DNA of 61,130 bases, counting the filler, from Ionaspis alba (taxonomy: Eukaryota), in the NCBI GenBank assembly GCA_964255285.1. It is 8 parts of 8 records of this genome, joined end to end, with 100 filler letters (N's around TTAATTAATTAA, not from the genome) between each part and the next. Parts side by side here need not be neighbours in the genome. Positions count along the whole stretch, not along the records: positions 46,060 to 53,548 come from CAXUUL010000825.1; positions 53,649 to 61,130 come from CAXUUL010000826.1; 6 more parts are not named here. One strand, written 5' to 3'. Below the pieces are notes generated by a model. That model had not been told where the DNA came from and searched no databases. It saw nothing but the letters and a program-made list of their open reading frames with translations. Shown here in pieces: positions 46,060-58,573 of this stretch. Position 1 is the stretch's first letter. Each line of letters starts with the position of its first letter. Position numbers and translations under genes: made by a program.

Positions 46060-47349
46060 TCCCCACCCCCAACCCTCTCCACAAACGCCCTCCTCACCGC
46101 CGCATTCGTCGACGTATCCCAAATCTGCACGGCCCCTTTACTCCCCGCAACCGCAAGCCTAAACCCAACCTCCCGATCCGGCGCAAACATCGTCGAAAAC
46201 ACCTTCCCGACCCCCAAATTCCGAGAAACAACCATGCTAGGACCAGAGGGCTGAACATTCCAGAGCTTGACTTCCTTGTCCGTCGACCCCGTTGCCAGGA
46301 AACCGGGGATGACGGGATTCACATCGAAAGCCGAGATGGAGGCATCATGCGCCTGCAACTTCCACACCGGCTTCGACATCTCAGGACTCGTCGGCGCATT
46401 CCGCGTATCGTGGTAATGAATCACCCCGTTCTCGGTCGTGATGAAGAAGTACCTCGCATCATGCGGGTCCCACTTCACGGTCTCGATATCGCTTTCCACG
46501 CCCCATCGCGGTACTTGAGCTCCCGGCGCACGCATGTCGGCTGCTACGGCCGTGCGGTCATAGCTTCCGCTTAGCAGGACGGTGGTCTCGGTGGGATGCC
46601 AGGCGAGCGAGCACACTTTGTCGGTGTGGTGAGTGTAGGATTTTGCGCATTGCGTTGTGCTTAGGTCCCAGAGTTTGATGGTTTTGTCGGCGGAGGCGGA
46701 GGCGAGGAGGGTGCGGTGAGTGCGGTTGGAGGCGAGGGAGAGGATCGCGTCGGTGTGGTAAGTGTCGTTGGGTTTTTTGGATCTTTTCCGTTTCTGCTTC
46801 CTCTTTTGGCTGGGGGAGGTGTTTGATTGGGCTTCTGAGTCGCCGCCCTGGCCCAGGATGGCGTTGGGGTACATGCTGTCGACTGTGTCGAGGTCCCAGA
46901 TTTCGATGTCGGGGTCGAAGGTTCCTACTGCTACAAAGTTGGATTTCGAGGTTTGGTCTCTGGGTCGGCCAGATGGTGACTTTCCGACTGCGATGTCGAG
47001 CCATTCCACACATAGGGGTATTGCGGGAAGCATGATGTCGTGGTGGACATAAAGGTTATCGGCTTCGTCCTCGTACACGTAGACTTCCAGATATGCAACC
47101 TCGTCTTCCACCTTTGCTGCCACTACCAGGTTGTCTGTTGCCAGTATCTGAAGCTCTTCCCTTTCCTCGTCTTCGTCCTCGTTGCCTTGAAGTGTGATGT
47201 ACGGGTCTTCTTCGTTCGATNNNNNNNNNNNNNNNNNNNNNNNNNNNNNNNNNNNNNNNNNNNNNNNNNNNNNNNNNNNNNNNNNNNNNNNNNNNNNNNN
47301 NNNNNNNNNNNNNNNNNNNNACCCATGTAGTTGCCGTTATCATAGACAT
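46060..47349 (-). CDS. PWP1: WD40 rRNA-processing protein Pwp1 (internal gap, 3' truncated)
   Basis: MSMITATTW start; LEVYVYE...NLYVHHDIMLPAIPLCVEW, AVGTFDPDIEIWDLD, LASASADKTIKLWDL. Confidence 0.93.
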
Positions 47350-47555
47350 CGTAAAATCATAAGTTCGTGAGCGAGGAGTCTCATATCTGTAAATATGGGT
47401 TTTAGTTTTGTGTGATCGTAAAAAGTTCCTGATGACGTTGCTTGGCAGTAGGGGTCCCCTACTGCCTTACAGCAAGCATATTGAGCGGCCTCTAGAGCGT
47501 CGAGGATCAAACATAAAGGGCGCAATAGAATTCTGAGGGCTGCTTACTGCAGAAC

Positions 47556-50500
47556 ATGGCTCGGGAGGACAGCCCCAAGCGGAGGAAGCTTGGTTCTGAA
47601 CTATTTGCTGTACCGCCCCGACTGGCAACAGCAAAGACATCCCGGTCTTTACAAACACCTCTGCACAACAGGAGTGGCTTGAACTATCAAAATGGTCGTA
47701 GTCCACAAAGTCATCTTGGGCTGTCCTCAAGAAGTGCTACTCCCCGATCCTCACGTTATGCGTCGACGCCACATCAAAATGAGTTCGACGGCCCGGAACC
47801 AATGGTCAACGAGGAAGACTCCAATGCCCTAGATCGAGACTGGTATGCTGGAGATGAGTCGGGCCACACCTTCGGTGACGAGTCGCATAATCCCTTTGGA
47901 GGCGCAGATTCATCATGGGCAGATCAGCAGAGGGAAGCAGCATTGGCGGAGAAGAAGAAAGGCACGCGAGAGCGGATCAGTGTCAGGGCTGTTCAGAAAC
48001 AGCGAGATGCCGATGCTTGGGAGACGAATCGAATGCTCACTTCTGGAGTTGCGCAACGACGCGATTATGATAATGACTTTGACGATGATGAAGAGGCTAC
48101 GAGGGTTCATCTGCTTGTGCATGATATCAAGCCTCCGTTCTTGGATGGGAGGAAGATTTTTACAAAACAATTGGAACCAGTTCCAGCTGTGAGAGACCCT
48201 CAGAGTGATATGGCAGTATTTAGTCGGAAGGGTAGTTTGGTTGTCAGGGAGAAACGGCAGCAAAAAGAGAGACAGAAGCAGGCTCAGGAGGCGACTAATA
48301 TGGCTGGGACTGCTCTGGGGAATTTGATAGGTGTGAAGGGAGACGAGGGGGATAGTGCCGCCCCTGCGCCGGGTGAAGAAGAGTACAAAGGTGGTAGCGG
48401 GTTTGCAAAGCATTTGAAGAAGAATCAAGGTCAAAGCGACTTCAGCAAGAGCAAGTCACTACGGGAGCAAAGAGAATATCTCCCAGCATTTGCCGTACGT
48501 GAGGATCTTCTCCGCGTGATACGAGACAATCAAGTCGTCATCGTCGTTGGACAAACAGGATCTGGAAAGACGACCCAATTGACACAGTTTCTATACGAGG
48601 ATGGGTATACTAGGAATGGTCTTATTGGCTGCACCCAGCCTCGAAGGGTAGCCGCTATGAGTGTGGCGAAACGTGTCAGTGAGGAGATGGAAGTCAGACT
48701 AGGAGGTCTAGTTGGCTATGCCATTCGATTCGAGGATTGCACGAGTAAAGAGACGGCGATCAAATACATGACTGATGGAGTTCTGCTTCGAGAGTCACTC
48801 GTCGAACCAGATTTGGACAAATACTCCTGCATTATCATGGACGAGGCTCATGAGCGTGCGCTGAATACAGATGTCTTAATGGGACTGATAAAGAAAGTCC
48901 TGGCTCGCAGGCGAGACCTAAAATTGATCGTCACTTCTGCTACGATGAACTCAGATCGGTTCTCCAGGTTCTACGGTGGTGCTCCGGAATTCTTCATTCC
49001 CGGTAGAACTTTTCCAGTCGATCAGCAATTCTCTCGCTCGCCCTGCGAGGACTACGTCGATAGCGCTGTCAAGCAAGTGCTGGCAATACATGTTTCTCAG
49101 CCCACAGGTGATATTCTCGTTTTCATGACTGGTCAAGAAGATATCGAAGTCACTTGTGAGCTGGTTGAAGAAAGGCTGAAATTGCTGAATGATCCTCCAA
49201 AACTGAGTGTACTACCAATTTACAGTCAAATGCCAGCCGATCTTCAAGCCAAGATTTTTGAGAAAGCAGCACCTGGCGTCAGGAAGGTGATTGTGGCAAC
49301 CAATATTGCAGAAACCAGTCTGACAGTGGATGGTATCATGTATGTTGTTGATGCCGGATTCTCCAAACTAAAGGTTTACAATCCTCGGATGGGCATGGAC
49401 ACCTTACAGATTACGCCAATCTCACAAGCCAACGCGATGCAGCGTGCTGGACGTGCTGGAAGAACAGGGCCTGGAAAAGCATTCCACCTCTATACAGAGT
49501 TGGCCTTCAAGAATGAGTTCTATATTCAAACGATCCCCGAGATCCAGCGGACCAATCTCGCGAACACAGTTCTCTTACTCAAATCGCTAGGAGTACGAGA
49601 CTTACTAGATTTTGATTTCATGGACCCACCTCCCCAAGATACCATCACGACTTCTCTCTTCGACCTGTGGGCTTTAGGTGCGCTCGACAACATCGGTGAT
49701 CTCACACCGATGGGAAAGAAAATGACCGCATTTCCTATGGATCCATCCCTAGCAAAGCTAATCATCACTTCCGAAGACTATGGATGTAGTGAAGAAATGC
49801 TGACTATTGTCTCTATGCTCTCCGTACCCAGTGTGTTCTATCGTCCCAAAGAACGACAAGAAGAATCAGATGCTGCCCGCGAGAAATTCTTTGTCCCAGA
49901 ATCTGATCATTTGACCTTGTTACACGTCTACACACAATGGAAGTCCAATGGCTACTCGGACGGCTGGTGTATCAAGCATTTCCTCCATCCTAAAGCCCTG
50001 CGCAGGGGTAAGGAGATCCGAGAGCAGTTGAATGATATTATGAAGATGCAGAAGATGGTTCTCACGAGTTGCGGCACGGATTGGGATGTTATCCGGAAAT
50101 GTATATGTTCAGGCTACTACCACCAAGCTGCCAAGGTCAAGGGCATCGGCGAATACATCAATCTACGGACAAGTGTGACAGTGCAACTCCATCCGACAAG
50201 CGCCCTCTACGGACTTGGCTACCTTCCGGATTATGTGGTCTACCACGAGCTCATCTTGACGTCAAAGGAGTACATGTCTACCGTCACATCTGTAGATCCT
50301 CATGTGAGTAGTCCTTCATCTTCCCTAATTTCACCAACTAACTTTCACGATGTAGTGGCTAGCCGAACTCGGTGGGGTTTTCTATTCTGTGAAAGAAAAG
50401 GGCTACTCTGCTCGGGACAAGCGTGTCACTGAGACAACGTTCAATCGTAAGATGGAGATCGAGAACAAGATGGCTGAAGATAAGGAGAGGGAAGTGCAGA

Positions 50501-50628
50501 GGCTGGCCAAGCTAGGTGATACGCCGAAGACTACGGTGAACCGGCCTATGACTTCTGCTGTCAAGAGGGTGTCGACACAAGGCGCTGTGAGGAGGCCGAT
50601 GACTCCGAGAGTGGGAAGAGGATTTTGA
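47556..50628 (+). CDS. PRP16: DEAH-box splicing helicase Prp16, intron 50305-50355
   Basis: [50 protein letters not shown]. Confidence 0.96.
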
Positions 50629-51044
50629 TAGATATTTGAGTGGATGAATATATTAGAGACCCCAATAAAATGCTATGCTTGACGTCATGCTGGAGTCTGA
50701 CTCATCGGTAATTCATGCGAGCTTGTCTGAGACACAAGGTGCTGCTTGTATGGCTCTAGGAGCGTACAGAGGGAAAGGAGGCTGAAGTCCAACGATCTCG
50801 TACGTAAAGGCCGGATCTGGGTAGAACATCGCGATAGCATAATGCTCGTGTGCTCATCCTATTAGCGGTCGATCACGAAACCCGCTTTGCTCGGCTAGTC
50901 CCCCAAACTCTTGGCACACCACTTTTTTCCACCGAATTTTTGTGTCGACAATTACGTTTCGACACATCCAGATCGTTTTTTACCATTTATCGGAGCTTTA
51001 ACAAGTCGTCAAGTCCAGCCATATGTTAGCATCACGCTCTTTCC

Positions 51045-53122
51045 ATGGCCCCCGTGACGTCTATGGCGCCACGAACGGGCGGCTCTACCCTTGCCGCTCC
51101 AAAGCAGATTAATCGTCGTTCCACTCTGGTCCGCAAGCTCGACGATACGGACTTCGATAATAGCCCAAGAGATGTCATTCCTTCAAGCCCGAACAAGAAG
51201 ACGAAGGTCACGTTTGACAACGACGTGCAAGTAAGATTCATGGATGAGTGGGAGAAAGCACCGGAGGTCGTGCGCGAGGAAGTTCGGAGGGCGTTGAAGC
51301 GGCATGCTGAAGGGGACGATACTGCGTATGATCGTGTGAAGGAGATTTATGCTACGAGTTCGAATGAAGAGGACGCTCCTAGTGGTACCACGCTCAGGAG
51401 CTACACCGCGGCTCTTGTTTCGAATGTGTCGACCTTGAACCGGTCGTGCTCGGGCTTAGTTCATGCAGTTCTCCAAAGCGATTGGGTTACTAAGGACGAG
51501 AGCTACATCTCCGTCTTTCTCCGTTTTCTTGGAAACCTGGTGTCTGCGCAGGGTGTATATCTGGGAGATGTATTACGGATGTTGGTAGAGAAGCTGACGA
51601 GCAGTAAGTGCGATGGCTGTAATGCTCTGGGACGAGAAGCTGATATCACAAAGTTCCTCTCCACGGTGGCCATAGCTTTGGCCAGGTGGTCGTGACACGA
51701 TCGCAAATACATCGTCGGGCTCACGCAGCACTGAAATACCTCCTCCGGCTTATCCCATCTGCGAGTAGCATCCTTTCAGCCGTGCTATCTTCGCTCTTCC
51801 CACACTCGTCGGATTCGAAACGAGCACATGTCATCTATGTACACAACCTTCTCAAGGTTATCGAATACGCTCCGGAGTTACAGTCTGATGTCTTGGCGCT
51901 CATTACGGAAAGGCTTGTAAAGATTGATGTACAAGTACAGGTAGATTTGGAAGATTTGACAGAAGATATTGGAGATGGCGTTGTACAAAGCATTCCGGAG
52001 CTCAAGAGCGGACTATCAGAAGACTTCGATGACGAAGAAGACGAAAGTGAGGAAGAATCCGACGACGAAGACGAGGATCTAGACCCCGATGCTCAAAGAG
52101 CAAAAGACATCACGGCTAGCGTCGAGAAGCTCGACGCCGTCCTCGACATCCTCTTCACCTACTATACGCCCCTCTTTACCACCTCTCCCATCGCCATCCG
52201 CGACTCTACACTCGACCTCCTCCTCTCCCAATTCACCATGATCATCCTCCCCACCTACCGCTCCAGACACACGCAATTCCTCCTCTTCCATTTCGCCCAA
52301 ACCTCACCAGTCCTCACTGACATGTTCGTCGGCGCATGCGTCCAAGTCGCTTTCGACAAAGGCCGTCCAGCCCTGGTCCGCCAGTCCGCCGCCGCCTACC
52401 TCGCCAGCTTCGTGGCCCGTGGCATCCACGTTCCCTCGCAGATCGTTCGTGTCGTCTTCGACTATATTGGCCTCCAACTCCACAATCTCCGCGCAGACTA
52501 TGAACCTACCTGCCGCGGCCCAGACCTCCGGCGCTACTCGAATTATTACTCGCTTGTCCAAGCGCTGCTCTACATCTTCTGCTTCCGCTGGCGCGATCTC
52601 GAAGCCCGCGCTGACGAACCGGCTGACGACGAGGATTTGCCGATCCTCGACGAGCAAACCCATATGTGGATTCCTGGGATTAAGGAGACACTCTCGCAGA
52701 ACCTCTTCTCTAAGCTCAATCCGTTGAAGGTCTGCTCCCCAGCCATCGTCACCGAGTTCGCCAAAATCGCCAACCACCTCGGCGTCATCTACGTTTTCGG
52801 TCTGCTCGAAACAAACAAGCGTCTCCGGCTCTCGCAATTCAGCAGTGGCTCTTCGACGCCGCGAGGTGCGAGTTTGGACTTGCCTGAGAGGGAGACGGCG
52901 CTAAGTGGTCGTAAGGATGAGAGTTGGCAGCAGCTGGATGAGTATTTTCCGTTTGACCCTTATCATCTACCTAGGAGTAAGAGGTGGATTGAGGGCGATT
53001 ATAGGGTTTGGAAGGGTATCCCGGGGTTGGAGAGGGAGAGGGAGGGTGAGAGTGAGGATGAGGATGATGAGAGTGGAGAGGAGGAGGATGGGACGGGGAC
53101 CGATGAGGAGGGAAGCGATTGA
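51045..53122 (+). CDS. RRN3: RNA polymerase I initiation factor Rrn3, one intron near 51605-51652
   Basis: ITERLVKIDVQ, ILPTYRSRHTQFLLF, AAAYLASFVARG, QALLYIFCFRW, LNPLKVC, YFPFDPYHLP. Confidence 0.95.
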
Positions 53123-53425
53123 GTTTCTGGAGCGAAGGGAGAGAAGAGAATATGTGCATAGATGGCTAGCATAAATGTGAGGTGAATGAAATATTTGGAT
53201 CTTGCTCCAGACTGTGAACGTGGATGCATGGTCGATAGGCTATACAATGATACGTGAAATGTCCTCATAAGTTTAATGCTGAAGATATACATCCTCGTTC
53301 CAGGATGTTGCCAAGTAACATAGTTTAGTCGGAGAAGAACATTCATTTCTCTAAAAAAAATCGTGACATCGTTGTAACGCGGTATATAAACACCACTAGA
53401 ATTGTCACAGGCCAGAGGCCTCGTC

Positions 53426-53495
53426 TCCACAGACACAGAGCCAGAGACACAGCACCACACAGACACAGACACACAGCCACACAGCCACACAGCCC
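53426..53495 (+). repeat. Degenerate (CACAGA/CACAGC)n repeat in a probable 5' UTR
   Basis: Direct reading; lies between TATATAAA (53383-53390) and ATG 53513. Confidence 0.7.
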
Positions 53496-53512
53496 AACAA
53501 AAAACACAAACT

Positions 53513-53548
53513 ATGCCCGAAGGCCCTCCTCCTCCCCCTCCCTACTCC
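53513..53548 (+). CDS. Possible gene start MPEGPPPPPPYS, truncated by linker
   Basis: TATA box, CA-rich leader and AAACTATG context; only 12 codons visible. Confidence 0.45.
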
Positions 53549-53938
53549 NNNNNNNNNNNNNNNNNNNNNNNNNNNNNNNNNNNNNNNNNNNNTTAATTAA
53601 TTAANNNNNNNNNNNNNNNNNNNNNNNNNNNNNNNNNNNNNNNNNNNNGCGAGACGCAAATCTATCCACTGCGCCAAAATACGCTCAACAGGACTTATTT
53701 GCAAATATTAGCGGTCGTGCGGCCGTCTTAACTTTGCGATGAGAACTTCAGCTTTATAGTCACAAAATCGTCATGCTAGTTTCTGAGCTGCTATACCAAA
53801 GTGTAATTTGCAAAGAATAAAATCATGGGGTATTGACGATCGAGACGATTTTATAAAACACGACGCCCACGCTGTGAAGGACCAGACCAAACCATCGCTA
53901 TGCCTTCCAAAATGACCATCCTCGCCTTAATCCGTCGG

Positions 53939-55447
53939 TCAGGATGCTTTCTCTTTACCCTTCCTACTGGACCTTCTAGGCTCCTGTTCCTCGTCTGGGC
54001 CATCCTCAGGGCGATACACGTTTAAGCCCGGTGCCTGATCAATAGCTGCGTCTTCCGGGATGCCCCTAATTTCCTGATCAATTTTCTCAAAAGTGACAGT
54101 TGGTCTTCGTTCATCAGTCTGGGTCTCAACACTTTCCCTGGTTCTGCTAAAGTCGCTCCAGTATGCAAGGTCTTTCACGTGTTCGTTAGCAGCTTCAACG
54201 ATCTTTTGTATGGTTACCGAGTCCTTCGATATGAGAACGTCCTCCGCGCCTTTTCCCGAACCGTCGGTCCGATCTTCTTCTGATGGCTTTGCATTTGAGT
54301 CACGAATATTTTGGACTTGTTCGAGGAATTGTCGTCGGGAGGTCTGGTAGAGAAACATAGACATGATCTCCTCCATGTATTCCGGAAGGTAGTGAAGATT
54401 CTCTCCTCCGTGCTCTAAGAAGTTTTGAATGATCTCGATCTTCTTTCGGTCAATGGTAGCCTTCTTGAGTGCTTTTATGAGGGTGGAAATGTCGCTAATC
54501 TCTGCATCCTCCTCATCAGTATCACTCTCAGCGCGGTTACTTCCAAGATAACTAGATCGATTATTGATACTCCTTTCCACACTGGATTCTCTACTCCGAT
54601 CTCTCCTAGCTGCATGGATAGTGAAGTAGTCGAGATTGAGAGTGTGGCCCTCGCTCAAGGCTCCTTTAAGTCCATGCTTTGCTGCAGCACGTATCTTGAC
54701 TCGCTTTCGTAGCCATCGTCTCCGTCTAACAAAAGAGTGAAACCATGGATGGGATCCGTGCCAAGAAAAGCCTTGCTGAAAGCTGAACGAGTATTCCCAG
54801 CCTTCCTCGTCAACATCATGAGACATATCGACATACCATGACTTCCACGCCCATGTCCAGCTTGGATCCGGTACTTGAGCATTGGTGATGTTCACGGGGC
54901 TGTCTCTAAAAGCTGAAGTTTGCCAGGCAGACGGATCAAAATTGAGAAGTGATTTAGACGAGTAGAGTGGAATGCCGCAGAGGAAGGATCCTCGTTGATT
55001 CTCGTACAGTATGTCCACCTCGTACTCATCGTGTGTCTTGACTTTCGTGCTCTTCTTTGGCCTAAGAAGTAGCTTGTCCTTTAGTCTCTCTGTGCGCGAA
55101 GTAAATTGCTTATTCATGCCCTCCCTGACCGATCCTTCTCTATCCTGGGAGCTTCCGTTTTCACTGGGCTCATCTGGTCCTTCGGCTCCATTATCTCTAC
55201 CATCCTGCCACCTCGCATACTTTCTCCGGGCCAACTCCTCCCTTAGCGTTCCCCCTTTCACCAATCTCTTGAAGGTCTCGTCAGTTTCTCGCCTCCGAGG
55301 TATGTCAGTGGGCACATTGGCCTCGGCTGAAGAGCCCGGTGTATCAGTGGCTGAAGTCGTCGAGTCTAGTAAATTTATCTCGTGGTCATATTGATCGATA
55401 GTGTTCGTGTTGGTCCGTGAAGAAGGGACGAGATTGGAGAGGGACAT
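53939..55447 (-). CDS. Dysferlin-domain protein (Spo73/Mug65-like)
   Basis: LYENQRG..CGIPLYS, DVDEEGWEYSF, FVRRRRWLRKR; first ATG at 55447. Confidence 0.85.
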   Translation of the reverse strand: MSLSNLVPSSRTNTNTIDQYDHEINLLDSTTSATDTPGSSAEANVPTDIPRRRETDETFKRLVKGGTLREELARRKYARWQDGRDNGAEGPDEPSENGSSQDREGSVREGMNKQFTSRTERLKDKLLLRPKKSTKVKTHDEYEVDILYENQRGSFLCGIPLYSSKSLLNFDPSAWQTSAFRDSPVNITNAQVPDPSWTWAWKSWYVDMSHDVDEEGWEYSFSFQQGFSWHGSHPWFHSFVRRRRWLRKRVKIRAAAKHGLKGALSEGHTLNLDYFTIHAARRDRSRESSVERSINNRSSYLGSNRAESDTDEEDAEISDISTLIKALKKATIDRKKIEIIQNFLEHGGENLHYLPEYMEEIMSMFLYQTSRRQFLEQVQNIRDSNAKPSEEDRTDGSGKGAEDVLISKDSVTIQKIVEAANEHVKDLAYWSDFSRTRESVETQTDERRPTVTFEKIDQEIRGIPEDAAIDQAPGLNVYRPEDGPDEEQEPRRSSRKGKEKAS

Positions 55448-55947
55448 CGTTGAAAGGCTGGTCTCCGTCACATACTGCAAAGTCCCATCCTCAACATGGC
55501 ATCGGCAGCTAGAAGCTCAATGCAGAAGTTGGTTGAAGCTCTGCTTTTTGGCGTTCGACCGTCCACTCAGGAGTAGCATTGATCTAGACGAGCTCCAGCG
55601 AATGGACGCTGCTGACAGATAGGTAATAATATCAACAGAGGGAGGATCCACGGGTAACTTTCATCCACATGTACAGTGAGTCAATCTGTTATATTATAGA
55701 CAGTTGAGCTCGAGAACCGGAGTCTAGAACGTCGTCTGAGCCGTTAACTTGCGGGAGCTACTTGCCTTGGAACAAATTTTAGCGACGACGTCACACGCGC
55801 GTTGGGCTAAACTAGCCAAAGCCCCTCGCCGAGGCCCTCCAGCTTTTGCTTTCCTCGACTGCTCCGACAAATCCGCGCTTTTCCTACTACTACCATTTGA
55901 CTCTGCATCGACAATTTGCAGCACTCCACAGTGACATCAATAAAGTC

Positions 55948-56510
55948 ATGGCTTCAAGACGTGTACTTCCTACTCTTGGGGCGGTCGTCGTCGCAGGAGG
56001 AGCATACTACCTGTATTCGGCTGGAGGAGATCCAAAGCTCGCTGAGAAAAAGCTGGAGCGTACGTTTTCGATGACTGACCTACAATCGCTTACAATATGT
56101 CTAACAGCTCCTCTGCAGACGATGCCGCAAGTCTCTCTGCAAAGATGAGATCAGAAGTCCCAGGAAGAGGCAAGGAGGCCCAGAAGGCAGGAGAAGAATG
56201 GGCTTCGCAAGCCGGTGCCAAGATCGACAAGACCGTGAGTAAAGAACATCTTTGAGCTTATAGTCATGCTGACAATGCTCCGTAGGTCGCGGATGCCAAA
56301 GCGAAAGGCCACGAATTCGATGCTAAGCTTGAAGCAAAGATGGGGCAGGCGGATGCAAAGATTGGCCAGCTCAAGACAGATAGCATCAACAAGTTCGGCG
56401 AGATTCGCAAGGAGACCGATAGAGAGATTGACAAATTCGACAAGACAGTGGAGAGGAAGGCTTCCGAAGCGAAAAACGGGATCGCAAGCTGGTTTGGATT
56501 TGGCAAATGA
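55948..56510 (+). CDS. Small N-terminally anchored helical, LEA-like protein; introns 56060-56118 and 56235-56285
   Basis: MASRRVLPTLGAVVVAGGAYYLYSAGGDPK...DKFDKTVERKASEAKNGIASWFGFGK*; clean splice sites keep the frame. Confidence 0.8.
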
Positions 56511-56874
56511 TTCAGCACGCGCCCCCTCAGGACACGCGGAAACCTAACGAAAGGAGCGCTATGGTGTCATGCAATTTCTCGATAGGTGGTTTCTCTGGGC
56601 TTGATTTCCTGCTTGTATATGTATGACCACGAAATCCATCTGTACCTTCGGATAGCATGCTAGGATTCAATCTTCGGGAAATTCTCTCCATATTCTGCGA
56701 CATGGCCTGATCCAATTGATCAACTAACCTCCGTTTCGAAACCTTAGTATTCTGATGCAAACCCGTAAAATCAACTTGGTCATGACTGCACTTCTAATAA
56801 CATAGCTCGAGCACAAATATGATATCAGCGGAGCTGACCACTTAAACCAAATCAGGATAAGCTCACTGTTAGTG

Positions 56875-56915
56875 TCGCGTCGGGCGCGTCTCCCCGCCCG
56901 CTGCCTCGTACGCGT
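56875..56915 (+). promoter_or_regulatory. Cluster of MCB-like elements
   Basis: TCGCGT, GCGCGT and perfect ACGCGT (56910-56915) within 41 nt, about 90-125 nt upstream of the CDT1-like ATG. Confidence 0.65.
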
Positions 56916-57001
56916 TCTGTCAATTCTAGAGGAGCAACAAACACCAACGTATCCACGTACCTTCCTCGCAGTGGTCTCACCATACACAAACAGGAGTAGT
57001 T

Positions 57002-58573
57002 ATGCCTTTAGCACTAAAGAAACGCAAGATCTCAGAAGCCACGACTCACAATGCCTCGACACCTGCCTCTAGAGGCACCATCGCTGCATTCGGTCGCATC
57101 TCGAAATCCGGGCTCTCAGCACCATCGACAAAGGCAAATCTGCTGGCAACTCATATTGGTGATGAACCAAACACCGAGAATACTCTAAGCAAGAGAAGGA
57201 AGATATCTGAAACTCTAGAAACACCACCCAAAACCGAATCCTACAACATATCATCCATTGCCCAAACCAGAAATTTCAATCCTTTCGAAAAAGCAGCTCC
57301 TGAAACGAGACCAGTTGCTCAAAGTCCATCGCTCCCTGCTCTTCCCATTAAACCTCGCAAGAAAGCACCTCCCCGTCCAAAAGCCGTACATACCCCTACC
57401 AAAGGCGCTCGAGCCTTCCTCGAAGCGTTTGCACTTTCCTCCTCACCACCCAGCCTGCGGAGCTCGTCGCCCCTACCCCAGCATAGCGATACTCCACCTA
57501 CATCACCAATCTCGGAGAAGAGTCCTTGTCCCGCCAAGAAAGGCCCCAATGGCTTGCCTGACGAGGTACAGGATTTAGTGAACCTGAACTCAGCGTTCTT
57601 GACCGCTCTATCACTGCACTATGCACACAATGGATCATTCACACCAGCAGATCTTAGGGTGTTGAGACCAAGTGTGGAGCGAGCTTGGGGAAAGAGAAGG
57701 ATTTGCACCGAGGATATACAGAGAATCCTCGGCATACTGAGCCACTATGCGCCAGGGAACCGGCATGATGAATCTTGCCCCTTTTCCCTCTCCAACTATG
57801 GCAACGGCAAGATCTGCGTCGAGACCACGCAGTCCATCTCCCAACCCAGCTTCGGGCGCCACCCGGTCGAAGTCGGAAGACTGACCACATCGTTCTTGGA
57901 TAAAATCAACGAATTATGGCAGAACGGCCCCTCTGCAGACACTGCATCCTTCATTACCACCCTTCCCCTAGCACCCATCACGATCTGCTTGTCAGTCTCC
58001 AAAGTCTCGCCTCTCCTCGCCAAAGGCCAGCGCCGCCTCGAAGACCTCAAAGCCGGCGCCATCAGAGCCCAAATCACAAACAACCTTCCAAAACCCAATA
58101 CATCTCTACACGCGGCCCGACCAAAACCAACAACGAGCCGCAGCGTCTCGCTCCTCTCGCGCATCCGCTCCAAAGAGCTTCACCAATCAACCCTCCCCCC
58201 TCCACTATCCGCAGAATCGATAGCGCGGAAAACAGCTCTACAGCGCTTAGAAGAGGTTATCCCTGTCCTCGAGATTCTGACCACGTCTGGAAGTCGATCA
58301 GTGCATGACGGGGCTATGGCATCGGAGGCAGGGGAAAGGACGTTCTCGTTCACGGTGCCGACTGTGGTGCAGCATTTACAGATGTCGTTGAGGAATCCGA
58401 TCTCCAAGGATGAGGCGGTGAGGTGTATGAGGTTGTTGGCAGAGGAGATTGTACCGGAGTGGGTTAGTGTGAGGAAGGTGGGGAAGGTGATGGGGGTGAC
58501 GTTGAGGGGCACGAAGGGAGTGGGGAGGGAAAAGATTGTGGGGAGAATTGGGGATGCAATGGGGAAGGTCTAA
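57002..58573 (+). CDS. CDT1: DNA replication licensing factor Cdt1-like protein
   Basis: LP.E..DLVNLNSAFLTALSLHYAHNG, SLLSRIRSKE, C-terminal SLRNPISKDEAVRCMRLLAEEIVPEWV; MCB promoter. Confidence 0.78.
   Translation: MPLALKKRKISEATTHNASTPASRGTIAAFGRISKSGLSAPSTKANLLATHIGDEPNTENTLSKRRKISETLETPPKTESYNISSIAQTRNFNPFEKAAPETRPVAQSPSLPALPIKPRKKAPPRPKAVHTPTKGARAFLEAFALSSSPPSLRSSSPLPQHSDTPPTSPISEKSPCPAKKGPNGLPDEVQDLVNLNSAFLTALSLHYAHNGSFTPADLRVLRPSVERAWGKRRICTEDIQRILGILSHYAPGNRHDESCPFSLSNYGNGKICVETTQSISQPSFGRHPVEVGRLTTSFLDKINELWQNGPSADTASFITTLPLAPITICLSVSKVSPLLAKGQRRLEDLKAGAIRAQITNNLPKPNTSLHAARPKPTTSRSVSLLSRIRSKELHQSTLPPPLSAESIARKTALQRLEEVIPVLEILTTSGSRSVHDGAMASEAGERTFSFTVPTVVQHLQMSLRNPISKDEAVRCMRLLAEEIVPEWVSVRKVGKVMGVTLRGTKGVGREKIVGRIGDAMGKV

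Noticed and set aside
2..58573. Apparent replication or cell-cycle cluster (ORC2, cyclin, CDT1) and retroelement next to the cyclin
   Set aside because: They lie on different concatenated scaffolds
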